This document shows, in pieces, positions 34,501 to 46,337 of a stretch of DNA of 64,000 nucleotides. Where the stretch lies: contig CDMY01000214.1 in the NCBI GenBank assembly GCA_001179505.1, positions 1 to 64,000 of the forward strand, read 5' to 3'. How positions within the stretch are numbered: the first letter of the stretch is position 1; each line of letters starts with the position of its first letter. Position numbers and translations under genes: made by a program. The notes under the pieces were generated by a model that was not told the DNA's origin, ran no database searches, and was given only the letters and a program-made list of their open reading frames with translations. The stretch is from Vitrella brassicaformis CCMP3155. Taxonomy: Eukaryota > Protista > Chromerida.

Positions 34501-36506
34501 ACTCCTCGGACACCTCACCAAACAACCTGACATTCTCGAAGACGTAACCACAAACATACAACACACCCAACACACAGGCTTATAATAAGCCTCCCATGTG
34601 TGTGTGTGTGTGTTGAATGGCTGCAGCTGGTGCGCTACCACATCATGAACCGGCGCAGCTCCTACCAGGAGTTCATGGGCAGCTCACGCATCGAGTTCCC
34701 GGCCATGAATGGCGACTTCGTCTCCGTCAGCAAGGTCACCAACCACCAGACATTCTCCCTACTCCCGCAGCAGGAGGGCGCAAACGACGAGGTCAGACTG
34801 AACGGCGCCGCCCGAGTGACCATTCGGGACATCCCCGCCGACAACGGCGTTGTGCACGTCATCGACCTGGTGTTGGTGCCGGCGCGCATCCAGCGGGCCA
34901 TTGAGACGGGCGAGATCGACCCGGAGTGGGTGACGCCTGCACCGGCCGATGACGAGATGGAGGACCTGGACATTCCTAACGCGGGAGCGCTCAAGTCGCT
35001 ATCGGACACGCTCGCAAAGACACCGGTAGGCAATGGGAAGGGGGGACGACTGCACAGAGAGATTGAGTGTGCGTGTGTGTGTGTGGTAGATTATGCAAGC
35101 GATGTACGAGTTGATGGAGAAGGGCGGGCATGAGCAGCTGATAGAGGACAGCAAGAAGGGGCCCTTCACCGTCCTCGCACCCGCCAACACTGCCTTCGTC
35201 GGGCTGGGCTCGTCCGTCGAGTTGGAGATCGAGCAAAGACCCGGATTCAGAGAAACGGTCAGACACGAACACTGACATACACATAAGTAGAGGGGCTTCA
35301 TTTACCTCTACCTCTCCCGCCCTCTGTGTGTGTGTTCAGCTGGTGAAATATCACATATTGGACGAGGCCGTGTACATCCAGAACATGGAGGTCGGTGTCC
35401 ACGAGTACTGGACCATCAACAACCGCACCGTCACCTTTCAAAAGTTTGAAAACGGCGACGTCTGGATCAACGGCGACAAGGCCAAGGTCATTCGAGAGGA
35501 CAGGTTCGCCAACAACGGCGTGGCGCACCTCATCAACTCGGTCCTCATGCCAACTCCCGTCAAGAAACGGCCAACCGAGGAGGGCGAGCCTACCGAACCA
35601 CCTAACGGCGAGAGCGACGGCATGGGTTTCGACGCGATGGTCTCTGCTCAAGGCGCCGTGACCACCCCGCCGCCCATAGAGTCTCCCTTCCCAGGCCGTT
35701 CAGAGAGCGAGCAAGAGGTGCGGGCGATCATCAAGGGCGAGAGGAGTCTGTCGACGCTGGTGACGCTGCTCGAGGCGACTGGTGTGGGTGAGGAGATGGA
35801 CAAGGGGGACGACTTCACGTTCTTCGCGCCCAGCAACGAGGCCTTCGAGAAGATGGGCACGCGCACGCTCACCAAGTTGCTTGCCAGCGGAGCGCTCAAA
35901 GAGGTGCTTGAGTACCACGTGATCCCACAACGACTCTTCTGGGAGGACCTCGCCGCCCCACCCAAACTAGCTACCCTCTCCGGCACCAACGACACCGCCG
36001 CCAATGACGCGTCATCACCATTACTATCACTGTCACCATCAGCAGGGGGACATGAGGGCGTCTCATCCCTTGAAGCAGCCAAGGCTGCCGCAGCTTCACT
36101 GAAGAGCGACCTCTCCGACGAGAAAGAGTACCCCACGTTGCTGGCCAGCCACGAGCTGATGATCAAGGCGGGCAGCGAGGCAGAGGGGCTTGTGGTTCGG
36201 GTGGGTAAGCAGAGGGGGCGGCTGATCGATGGCGACATTGACGGGAAGGACGGCGTGGTGCACATAGTGGACACGGTCATCCTGCCGCCGCACTTAGAGA
36301 AGGAGGGAGGGGGAGAGGCTGGTGAGGAGAGGGAGAGGCGAGAGCTGTTTGCACAGCAGAGGAGAGAGGGGAGAGACGAGGGCGTCTATGGTCATGGTGG
36401 TGTCGATGGTGAGCGGACCGATCTTGTCGATGTGGATGTGCGTGCTGCGGTGGATGGTGGTGTTGTGCTTGAGACAGATGAGGGGTGGATAGAGCTGCTC
36501 GACTGA
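31507..36506 (+). CDS. Secreted fasciclin (five FAS1 domains) with an N-terminal EGF-like module
   Basis: Signal peptide, then the Cys module CDPVCGEGEVC...FECRCLERGY...GKC. Five repeats each have H1 (TILAPSNDA, TLFAPVDKAF, TVFVPSNEAF, TVLAPANTAF, TFFAPSNEAF), a YH/AH motif and H2 (NGLIQVLDAVILP, NGAVFFVDNVLLP, NGVVHVIDLVLVP, NGVAHLINSVLMP, DGVVHIVDTVILP). Confidence 0.92.
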
Positions 36507-37071
36507 TCAGATCAGCCGAGCCACCAGAGTATGCGAACGTTTGTGTAGCTTACCTTGTATAGTGATTTCTTCTCCTCCGCTATCGCATACGTACGCTCTC
36601 TTTTTCCCCATCTGTCTGTCTGCCTGCTTGTCTGTCTGTCTGTCTGTCTGTCTGCCTTTCTGTGTACAAGCCAATCAACCACCAACGGTGTCGATCAGCG
36701 AGAGTGTGGATAGGTACATGTAGCCATAGGTACATGTATGTATTACATGGTAGATTATTGTGGCATGCAAGCATCATGGATCGGATCATCCGTTCTTTTT
36801 GCAGCCAGCCTCCTCCCTCCCAGCCACGCCACTTACATTGCATCGTCTCGGTCGGTCGGCCGGTCATCATTTGCTGCTTTGGTGTCTGCGGTGATGACAA
36901 CTGTCAATAAGCCTGCTGTCTTCCTCTTGCAATGCCACATGTTTTTGTCACCCGTCCTCGAAAAAAGGCCGCACATCCTCGCCAGAGGGGAAACGATCTG
37001 ACCCAAGCTCGCAACCTCACGCCTTTTTGCGTTTGCCTTTCTCCCCACACAGAACAGGTTCTCAAGCGTTG

Positions 37072-40000
37072 ATGACGAGCCGTCGCGAAGCACACCTCAA
37101 GTAAACCACCACACACGGAATCCGACGCCAGATCTGTCAAACGATGCATGTGATGTGCGTCTGTGTATACGTCAGGGAGGCGCTGGGAGATGACCTGTAC
37201 GCCCGTGTGAAGCGTTCGCGGCTGCTGGTGGTCGGTGCGGGCGGCATTGGCTGCGAGCTGCTCAAGAACCTGGTGCTGGCGGGATTCGACGACATCGATA
37301 TCATCGACCTGGACACCATCGATGTGCACACGCCCACCACACTCACACAGATAGATGCACACCTACACACAGATGCACGTGTGTTTGTGTCGGTGTGTGT
37401 AGGTGTCGAATTTGAATCGTCAGTTTCTTTTCCGCAAGCACCATGTGGGCCAGCCCAAGTCAACCGTGGCCAAGGAGAGCGTGGCCTCTTTCAGCCCGCA
37501 CACACGCATCCAGGCCCACCTCGGCAACATCATGGAACCCAGATTCGGTAACCACACACACCACACACACTGATGACACCCTCAGAGTGTGTGTGTGTGT
37601 GCAGCGTGTCGGTACTTCAGTCAGTTCGACGTGGTGTTGAATGCGCTCGACAACGCCAAGGCGCGCAGCTACGTCAACTCCATCTGCATCGCCACAGGTA
37701 CGCACACACACACACACACAGCCGCACCCACCCTGTGTGCTGTGTGTGTTGTGTATGGGTGTGTGTCTATCTCTCTATCTGTCTATCCATCAGAACGTCC
37801 GTTGATAGAGAGCGGCACTACAGGCTTTAAGGGTCAGGTGCGCGTCATCGGGGGCGACGTCGAGTGCTACGAGTGCCAAGTCCAGACGAACACGGAACAG
37901 ACCTTCGCCGTCTGCACAATCCGATCCACACCCGACAGACCGGTCACCCTCACTCACTCACTCACCATACACACTCAGCACCCACCTTGCTGCCCATGCA
38001 ATTATGTTGCCGATTCTTCGGTATCTGTGCGTGTGTGTGTGTGTGTGTGTGTCTTCAGGAGCACTGTGTGCAATGGGCTAAGTACTTGTATGAGCTGATG
38101 TTCGGCGACCCGAACGACGACAACCTCCTGGCCGACCTCAAACACGAACTCAAGCAGGAGGAACACGTGGGCTGCCCAACATGAATGGCACACACTGAGC
38201 CGGGCAGGCAGAAATGTGTGTGTGTGTGTGTGTGTGTGTGACGGTGGTCAGTCTGACCACAACGGCAAGTTGGTGGCCGACAGGTTTGCCGAGAACATCT
38301 TCAACAAGCTCTTCAAGAAGTGAGTGTGGGCAGGACAATGAATGCATCACACACCTACGCGACGCTGCGGGCGGCACACATGTGTTATGTATTGCAGGGA
38401 CATAGAGCAGAACCGCGAGCTTCAGGACATGGCCAAAAACTTCTTCAGACCACCGCCAATGTGCGCATCACACCCACACCCACACTCACACACACATATA
38501 TACACCGGCATCATGTGTGTGTGTCTTCGATCAGTCCCCTGTCGTTGGACGGGGCCATGCGGCTGACCGACGGCAACGGCAACATCCATGGGGCCAACGG
38601 CAACGCATCAAGCAGCAGCAGCACCACCAACGCCGGCACTCCCGCTGCTATCGCCGAACAAAAGGTGACGAGGAATGGCACACGGACAAACCACACACAC
38701 ATTGATGGCCTCTATGTCGGATGCGTGTGTATGTGTGTGCGCATTCAGGTGTGGTCAGTTCACGAGTGCGCGCAGAAGTTCATCGGCGCCATCACGACCA
38801 TGTACAACGAACGGTACGCAGCCCATCCCCCCACCCAGCTGCCTAACACACATATAACGCGTTACATCACGTCGTTATGCAGTGGCGATGAGGTGGGGAC
38901 TCTGCAATTCAGCAAGGAGGACCCCATCGCTGTCGACTTCGTCGCAGCCGCATCCAACCTCAGGAGCCACAACTTTCACATAGCTAAAAAGGTCAGCCTA
39001 CCACGGTCATGCAGATAGACACCCACCGTCAGTCATACACTCACTGCTCACCTCCTCTGTCTGTCTGTCTGTCTGTGTGTGTGTCTCTGTGTGTGTGTCT
39101 GTCTGTCTGTCTGTTGTGTCAACGGATGGCATGCAGTCTCGTTGGGACGTGCAGTCGATCGCCGGCCGCATCGTCCCCGCCATCGCCACCACAAACGCCA
39201 TAGTCGCCGGCCTGCAGGTACCCACACACACCTCACATACGATATATGTGGTGGGCATGTATCGATTCGCCTGTGTGTGTGTGTGTGTGTGTGTGGTCCG
39301 TCGGTATGTGGTGTGCAGACGGTTAATTTGTATCACGTGTTGGAGCAGGTGATGCTGCAAGAGAAGAAGGAAGAGAAGCAGGCCGCCAACGGCACCACAC
39401 ACACCAACGGAGTGGCCCCACACAGTGACGACAAGAGGAGCGGCACACAACAGATTTCACTTATCAACTCGAAATGCCGAAACGTGAGCGAGCAGCAAAT
39501 CAGCGCACAGACACACACGTATGCAACGCGTCTGTCTGTCCGTCTGTGTGTGTGTGTGTGTGTCTGTGTGTCAATCAGGCGTGGCTGCAGTTGTGGGACA
39601 GCAAGCAGTCCAAGCTGGTGATAGGCGAGCGGCTCTCCGCCCCCAGGCCCGATTGCGTCGCATGCTCATCACCGCCCGCCCGCGTCACCATCACCGACAT
39701 GGATGTGCGTATGTCTAAGTCTGTCCGTCTGTCTGCGAACTGTCTGTGGATCGGTTCGTGTGTCTTGCTGCACTGCAGTGGACCATTGGCGATTTCGTCG
39801 CGACCGTCATCCAAGGTGGGTGGCTGGCTAGAGAGCTGGTGTGGTCAGCTCCGGCACGTATCGGTGTGTTGTGTGGCTGCATCACGTGTGCAGGCGCTTT
39901 GCAAGTCAAAGAGCCGGTGGTATACTTCAACAACGACCCCATATGGCAGCACCAATACGATGACGAAGAGGATGACATGGACGACGGTCAGCCACACACA

Positions 40001-40725
40001 CACACACACACACAGGCACACCAGCCGACACACACACCAGTGTTATATCCCCACAGACAACTGCCCAGAGATGTCCCTGAGTGGGCGCGGTCTCTATGAC
40101 GGCTGCATCATTGACATTAACGACCTGTCAGATTGGACGCCCGTCGAGCCCACTGACGACAACCCAATGGGCAAAGAGGTCCGCCACCCAGCCACCCACC
40201 CCCTCACCCTACACACATTCATGCATCATGCCTTGGGGTTTGTGCAGTACAAGAGCTTCAACTGTGTGGTGTTTGCCGACGTGTCGGTGGGGTCGTGCCC
40301 TAAGGGCTTCCGCATCGACCGCCCGCCCAAATTCAAACCCCCACCACCCACCCCAGCCCCTCCAGCTGCAGAGAACGGCTCGACGCCGACTGGCGGCGTC
40401 AAAAGGCCGCGAGACGAAGCCAACGGGTACGCCAGATCCACACACGACCATCATGTGATGGACTCTTCTCTCGATGTCGTTGGGGCGTATCTGTGTGTGC
40501 AGTGAGGCGTCCGGTCTGCCGGCCGCTAAGAAGGGAAAGAGCGATTCTGCCTCTAGTTCTGCCGCTGCTGCTGCTGGTGGTGGTGTGGGTGAGGGCGGGG
40601 AGTCGGTGCACGATGCCATCATGATCGACGATGACGGTGACCATAGCTACAAGGCTGCCGTGCCGGCCAAGCCCCACCAGGGCGAGGGCGACACCGTGGC
40701 CGACGCCATGGTGGTGGACGACTGA
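37072..40725 (+). CDS. UBA2: SUMO-activating enzyme subunit 2 (UBA2/SAE2)
   Basis: [10 protein letters not shown]|EALG...[26 protein letters not shown]|[41 protein letters not shown] (catalytic Cys), [37 protein letters not shown] and the Zn-finger PRPDCVAC. Confidence 0.92.
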
Positions 40726-41460
40726 CTGGCTGATGGATACAGAGATAGATAGATAGCCGTGCGCAGCGATGTGATACACACATGTATGGGTTTCCGCATA
40801 GAGTGCATCATATATATATCGCAAGTACGGGTGCGCATAGATATCGACACAAGCCGACAGCAGACTGTTTGCGTAGCTGCCCAAAAAGAAGAGGGTGCCG
40901 CTTACCGATAAGATGCATCCTGAGGTAGAGAAGATGGAATGTGCATTGCCGGAAAGTAAGACCATGTTAACGGCGAGAAAGCGGTTCTCGCGAGACGGGA
41001 GACTGCGAAAATAATTTGGTAAATTGTTCCGGCTTCGTGTCGTTTTCACCCAGTACTTCTGCACAGGATGCAAGCTTCTGCTGCTGCTTACGGCGAATTG
41101 CGTTTCCCTATGCCTCAGCTGCCCGTCATCAGCACACACCAGTCAAGGCGGGAGCGGCCTGCTACCTCGGTCTCACACCCGCTCTCATGCTGAGCTTTCT
41201 GGCAGCCGCGTGGGGCGACTGGGGTGAGCACAATTGTTTGTTCCGGTGCGTTTCTTGTGCGGGATGCGACGCCTTTTGTGCAGTCGAACTCACAGTTTTC
41301 ATCTGTCCTCCGGGTTCGCTTAAACAAGAGAATGACGACGCCGTGCGTCGCGCGAGCAAGGCCGAGGAAGACCTGATGGAAAAGAACAAGGACATCTACC
41401 ACTCGCACGCGACACCGATAGGGCGAGGCAGGACAGCTTCTGCGAGACTGCGTCATTGCT

Positions 41461-44159
41461 GTGGCTGAGAGACTTCTAGGTGCGCAAAGACACACGCACA
41501 CACACAGCACACGCACCCACATGGACCAATCTTTGTGTCCAGCGCTGGAAGAGGAGGCACGGCAGGCGAACACATTGTCCCTGCATGTTTGGGGTGAGTG
41601 CCTTAGACAGGCAGACTGGTGTGTAGGTGATGTTTGTGTGTATCTGCGTGTGTGGGCATGCAGACAACCGCGTCGTCATGGCGGATGTGGTAGGGCGGAT
41701 GCCCACCGTGACGTTTGCTGAAGTGTCAGCGCCTGTGGATGCCCTGCAGATGGCCAATGGTAAGCTGACAGCGCAGCCAGCTGATCGCTTAACGTCATGG
41801 TTACTTGATTGACTCTTCCTCAGACTCGAGTGACGACCGCCAGCGGAGGGAAGACCGGCACAAGTTTGCCGTGTTGACTTACTCGGCCTCCTTTGATCTG
41901 TGCATCAAATCGCGCGTCATCTCTGTCGACGACTCTAGAGATAACGTAAGCACAGGCGGCACACAGCGTGCATTAATGACTTCTCTCTGCTTGCCTGCCT
42001 GCTTGCCTGCCTGCTTGCCTGCCTGCTTGCCTGCAGGGGCGTGTTCGCGTTGCCAGGTTCTGGAGTACGCGCGAGAGGCGTGACGCATCAAGTTACTATG
42101 ACAACCACCACACACTTGCACTTTCGTTTGATCCGAGCAACCAGTAAGTGGGCGCCTGTGCCAGCAGCCCGTGGACGAAAATCGCACGCACCCTGTACGC
42201 CAGCCAGCAGCCATCAGGTTCGCAGATAGGTCGCACACGTGTGTGTGTATGCCACAGGCTGTTGCTGAGATCGATCGCCGCTTACATTTTATATTTCCCT
42301 GTCTCGTGAACTACTTGAGCCGTTTTCCCTCGTGTGCTGTGCTCAACTTCCCACACGAGCTCGTCGAGAGGGTGGGAGGTGGGAGGACTTGTCATTCATT
42401 CATCTGTCTGTTCTTGTTGTCTTTTTGACCCACCTCGATACGGGTGCGGGGAACAGGCAACTGAAGACCTCGAACAACAGGTGCAAGGGCGGGGATCTGC
42501 GCGAGACAACGATGACACCCAGAGAGAACAAGACAAAGGATACAAAGAAGCTCAGCAGTACATGGCCTTTCTTCCTTCTGCCTGCCAGGCACTGTGAAAG
42601 GACCCAACGGGAGAGAGGCGGTGCATGCGGGCGACACAGAACAACAATACCCGCGAGGAGAACGTGCGGCCAAAGCACTGGTACGTAGCCAGCCAGAGAG
42701 CGATGCAGTGGGCGGGACACAGAGGCACGAAGGAAGCAAGGAACCTGTGACACAACAATGCACTCCATTCCACTCCATCTGTGTCTGTGTGTGGGATGTT
42801 GATTCGTTCAGTTGTGGCTGATTAGCAACGCTGGGTTGAAGTTGGAGTATTCGATAGACCCGCGGGCCGGCCGGTTTGGGACGGCGGTGCCCATGAGAGA
42901 TGCCGACGGTCGCCTCTGGACCGTCAAGCTGCTGTCGCACGACGAGACGGACGGCAACGCTCGACCGGTACGCACCATCACACAGGCAGGCAGGCAGGCA
43001 CACAGACAGACAGACAGACAGACCAGACAGACAGACAGACATGCAGACAGGGAGAGAGTGCTCGTTCGACCGCTCTTTATGCATATGTGACCACTTATGT
43101 CACGTCTGTCGTGCAGGTCAACGGGTGGTATCGCTCGGGGAATGATTTGTGGTTGAACGAGTGCCGGCGGCGGGCGGAGCAGCCCGACGGCCTGCAGCCG
43201 CCAGACGGGATGGACCGCCTCCAGGCCGTCCACCACATTCCGCTCCCCTACGCCACCCGTGAGGGCGACCGCGTCGAGGGCATCACGGCATACCAAATGG
43301 AATGGATCGACAGTAAGCACACCGTACCACTTTACTCTCTCCCCCTCTCTCTATGTGTATGCGCATTGGTTGCAGTGTCGTTGCATGAATTGAGGGGGCC
43401 GCTGCCTGAGAGCGCGTTGATGCGCATTGGTGAGGGGGTTGTTCGCGCCGTCGACTACCTGGGGCGACGAGGTCTCATGCACGGCGACATTCACGTACGT
43501 GTAAACACAGATACTTGCCACGTATTTGCCATCCGTCTATCCGTGTGTGTGTGTGTGTGTGCAGGCCAGCAACATAGGTATTCGTCGGCGGCAGGCGCCA
43601 AATCCCAGCAGCAGCAGCAGCAGCAGCAGTAGCAGAGCGGCCGGCAAGGAGTACGAGGCCGTTTTGCTCGACATGGACCGGCTGCACAATGCCTACGGGG
43701 ACCACGTCCTGAGCCTTCCCGACAACGCCACCGACGCTCCGCCCAACGCACCCAGGCAGCGCCCCGGAGTGCTATCGCACAAGCGCGATATGCATGACGC
43801 GGTCACCTGCGTCATCGAGAGCCTCCGGCGGCTTGGCGCTCCGCAGCGGCTGATCGACGTCTTCGAGCACGCTCTCCCCGCCAGCGAGATCCGCCCGACC
43901 CTCTGCACCTATCGCGTAGGTCGACTAGCACGGCCAACCACTCACACAACAGACACACACAGAGACATTTATCCATCCATCCATTCAGGTCGTATCGGGG
44001 CTGCGAGAGCTGGAGAGGAAGGCGGCCAAGTCGGCGGACGAGAACCGCAGGACGCCGCCCCTGTCGCCGCCGTCGATGCGCCTGCCGCGCCACCTCACCC
44101 CACAGCTATTAGATGGCTCACCTGCCGCTCGGCACCGACAACGGCAGCAGCCCTTTTGA
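41461..44159 (+). CDS. Atypical protein-kinase-like gene (core 42813-44159; 5' exon structure unresolved)
   Basis: Spliced core: PRAGRFGTAV (Gly-rich loop), LWTVKLL (beta3 Lys), AYQMEWID (hinge), LMHGDIH|ASNIG (catalytic loop split by an intron) and VLLDMD (DFG position). Stop TGA at 44157-44159. I could not keep the upstream exons 41460-42750 in one frame near 42595. Confidence 0.6.
42235..42346 (+). repeat. Duplicated intron-end plus exon module, copy A
   Basis: CGCACACGTGTGTGTGTATGCCACAGGCTG..GAGATCGATCGCCGCTTACATTTTATATTTCC..GTCTCGTGAACTAC..CCGTTTTCCCTCGTGTGCTGTGCTC recurs nearly identically at ~44278-44388. Confidence 0.9.
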
Positions 44160-44277
44160 CAGCAGCAGCGGCAGCAGCTGTGGTGGTCAGCAGCGCCGAA
44201 CAGGGATCCAGGCACCACCAGCACGACAAGGGCCGTACTATGTGCGCAACCACACAGTCGGCACCCTGTGCCAGCCC

Positions 44278-44680
44278 GCACACGTGTGTGTGTATGCCAC
44301 AGGCTGCTGCAGAGATCGATCGCCGCTTACATTTTATATTTCCATGTCTCGTGAACTACTTCACCCGTTTTCCCTCGTGTGCTGTGCTCTGGGGCGCCCA
44401 GTTGTCGTCAAACTCGAATCATACGAATCGGACATCGGTATGTGGATTGCAGATCCATCCATCCATCCATCAGCGGCGTGTCTTGCGTCATGTGTGTCAT
44501 GCAGTGTTGGTCAAACGGTTGAGAGAGGAGCTGCGCAAGTACATCAACCCCACCGTCGCCTGGGACGTCTTCAATGACTTCATGGACCAAGCGCTGACGA
44601 TCCTCGCCGATGGTGATCCGCAGGCCCCACAGTGGACGGAGCACTTCGCCCAACTCGCATTCGTCGAATTTGTCATGTGA
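44278..44680 (+). pseudogene. Duplicated module copy B followed by a short unrelated coding tail (gene fragment or small gene)
   Basis: AAAEIDRRLHFIFPCLVNYFTRFP followed by the exon VLVKRLREELRKYINPTVAWDVFNDFMDQAL...FVM*. It starts about 120 nt after the kinase stop codon and has no clear start of its own. Confidence 0.4.
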
Positions 44681-45684
44681 ATGATCGGTAAGTGGAGGCA
44701 TCGAACCAACGCAACACTCCAGCAATGCATCCAGCCCGTTTGTTTCCTGCCTGCCTGCCTGCCTGCCTGCCTGCAGAGCTTCAGATAGCCTCCCCCATGT
44801 GGAAGCTACGTCTTTTCAGTCAGCGGTGCCGTGAGCGTCAGCTACTCGTGGCGTAGAATTTCGGGGGATGTATGATGTGATTTGGGGGACTCTGTCTGTC
44901 TGTCTGTCTGTCTGAGCGTAAGGCAGGTCTGTCTGCTGTTTTCGGCCTTCGCAGGCAGGACTGTTTGATCAATCGTTGCCTACATTTTATATCTGCTGTG
45001 ATGGTGTCTCGAGACGCTTTGTTTGACACACGGAGATAATGAGACGAACGCAGTCTGCATGATCAAGACATTCATTGCATCAGTCAGTCAGTCCGCTGTG
45101 TCTGAGTGTGTCTGTGGTTGGCTGTGCAATGGGTGACGAGGGCAGCGGCAGATATCCCCCATCGATCATGTGGGACCACAAACGATGGCCAACTCACCAC
45201 GTACAGCCCCGGAGAGCCACCACAGCCACCCGCACCCAACTCACCACTTACGACAAAACACCTTTCTCTATCTCCGTCTGTCTCGCTGTCGTCCCTTATG
45301 CGTGGGCGGCAGTGTGCTCAGGTGATGTGCGCCTCCCTGTCGGCCATCGCCCCCTCGGCAACTCACAGGCAACCGACGAGGGAATGATGGACCGCAAGGA
45401 GGACACACCATGAATGCAAGTATGTATAGCTATATGGCATCGCTGGTCTGTTTTCGTCCCGCGGCTGGCGACGTGTGACGGACTCTCACACTGGCAGAGA
45501 GACCATCATCCGTCAACTGCTGCGGTTCAAAACAGCCCGGCGGTGCCGGGCCACCACACATGTTTGACCTCACTGAGGGGAAACACATTCACGCGACCAA
45601 CCCAGGCAGGGCCATCAGTCCAGAGTATCTTTCCTACGTACAAAACGACACCCCACACATCAGAATGTCCAACCAACATGCCCG

Positions 45685-45687
<3 letters not shown>

Positions 45688-45718
<31 letters not shown>
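45688..45718. repeat. (CT)n microsatellite
   Basis: About 15 uninterrupted CT units. Confidence 0.9.
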
Positions 45719-45721
<3 letters not shown>

Positions 45722-46337
45722 CTCCCCACAATCAAGAAGAGAGAGAGAACCCCGAATGACTCTGTAGTTCACTCAGGCACACACACACACATGGATAAAT
45801 CCATTCGATGTTCGCACCGCGGCCGCTCGCGTTGGTGCTTTCGTGTGCGTACCTTAATTCCATCCGCTAAATGAGCTCGTCGGGCGCCACGTGGTCTCGG
45901 TGTCCGCCCTCCTGATCCATCTACCCTGCTGAATCATCCTGAAGGCAACCCAGATGAGAGCGACCCATTCAATACACTTGTCTCCGGCATCTGTGTCAAT
46001 CAAGAAGTACTCACCCGCTTCCTTTCTTCTCGCTTGGCTCTCGTGTCTGTGTGAGGAGCGTCTGCAGCCGCGGATCTGCTCGAGTGCATCAGGTGCTGGC
46101 AAGACGCGGATGCGAGATGAGCGAATTGGCGACGCGGATGCAGACAATCTCTGGCCGACCAAGCTTTGGCATCCCAATATGTCCATCACCCTTCAGATCG
46201 CGGTAACAGTGGGGTGCTCCCTGAAACCTGCGAGTGGAGCGGCTCGCCTGCTTGAAAAAGGCCGATTTCTATGACGCAGTGAGTAGGCCGTGTGCCAGTG
46301 GTTGCCTTCCGTCGGCTGCCGGTCGGTCGTTGCAGAG

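Noticed and set aside
40399-41139. 246-aa minus-strand ORF overlapping the UBA2 3' end
   Set aside because: No recognisable motif or coding-like composition; overlaps the last UBA2 exon in antisense.
45075-46290. Short ORFs on both strands between the kinase and the TLC gene
   Set aside because: I could not assemble a consistent spliced frame or recognise a domain; may be UTR or a decayed gene.
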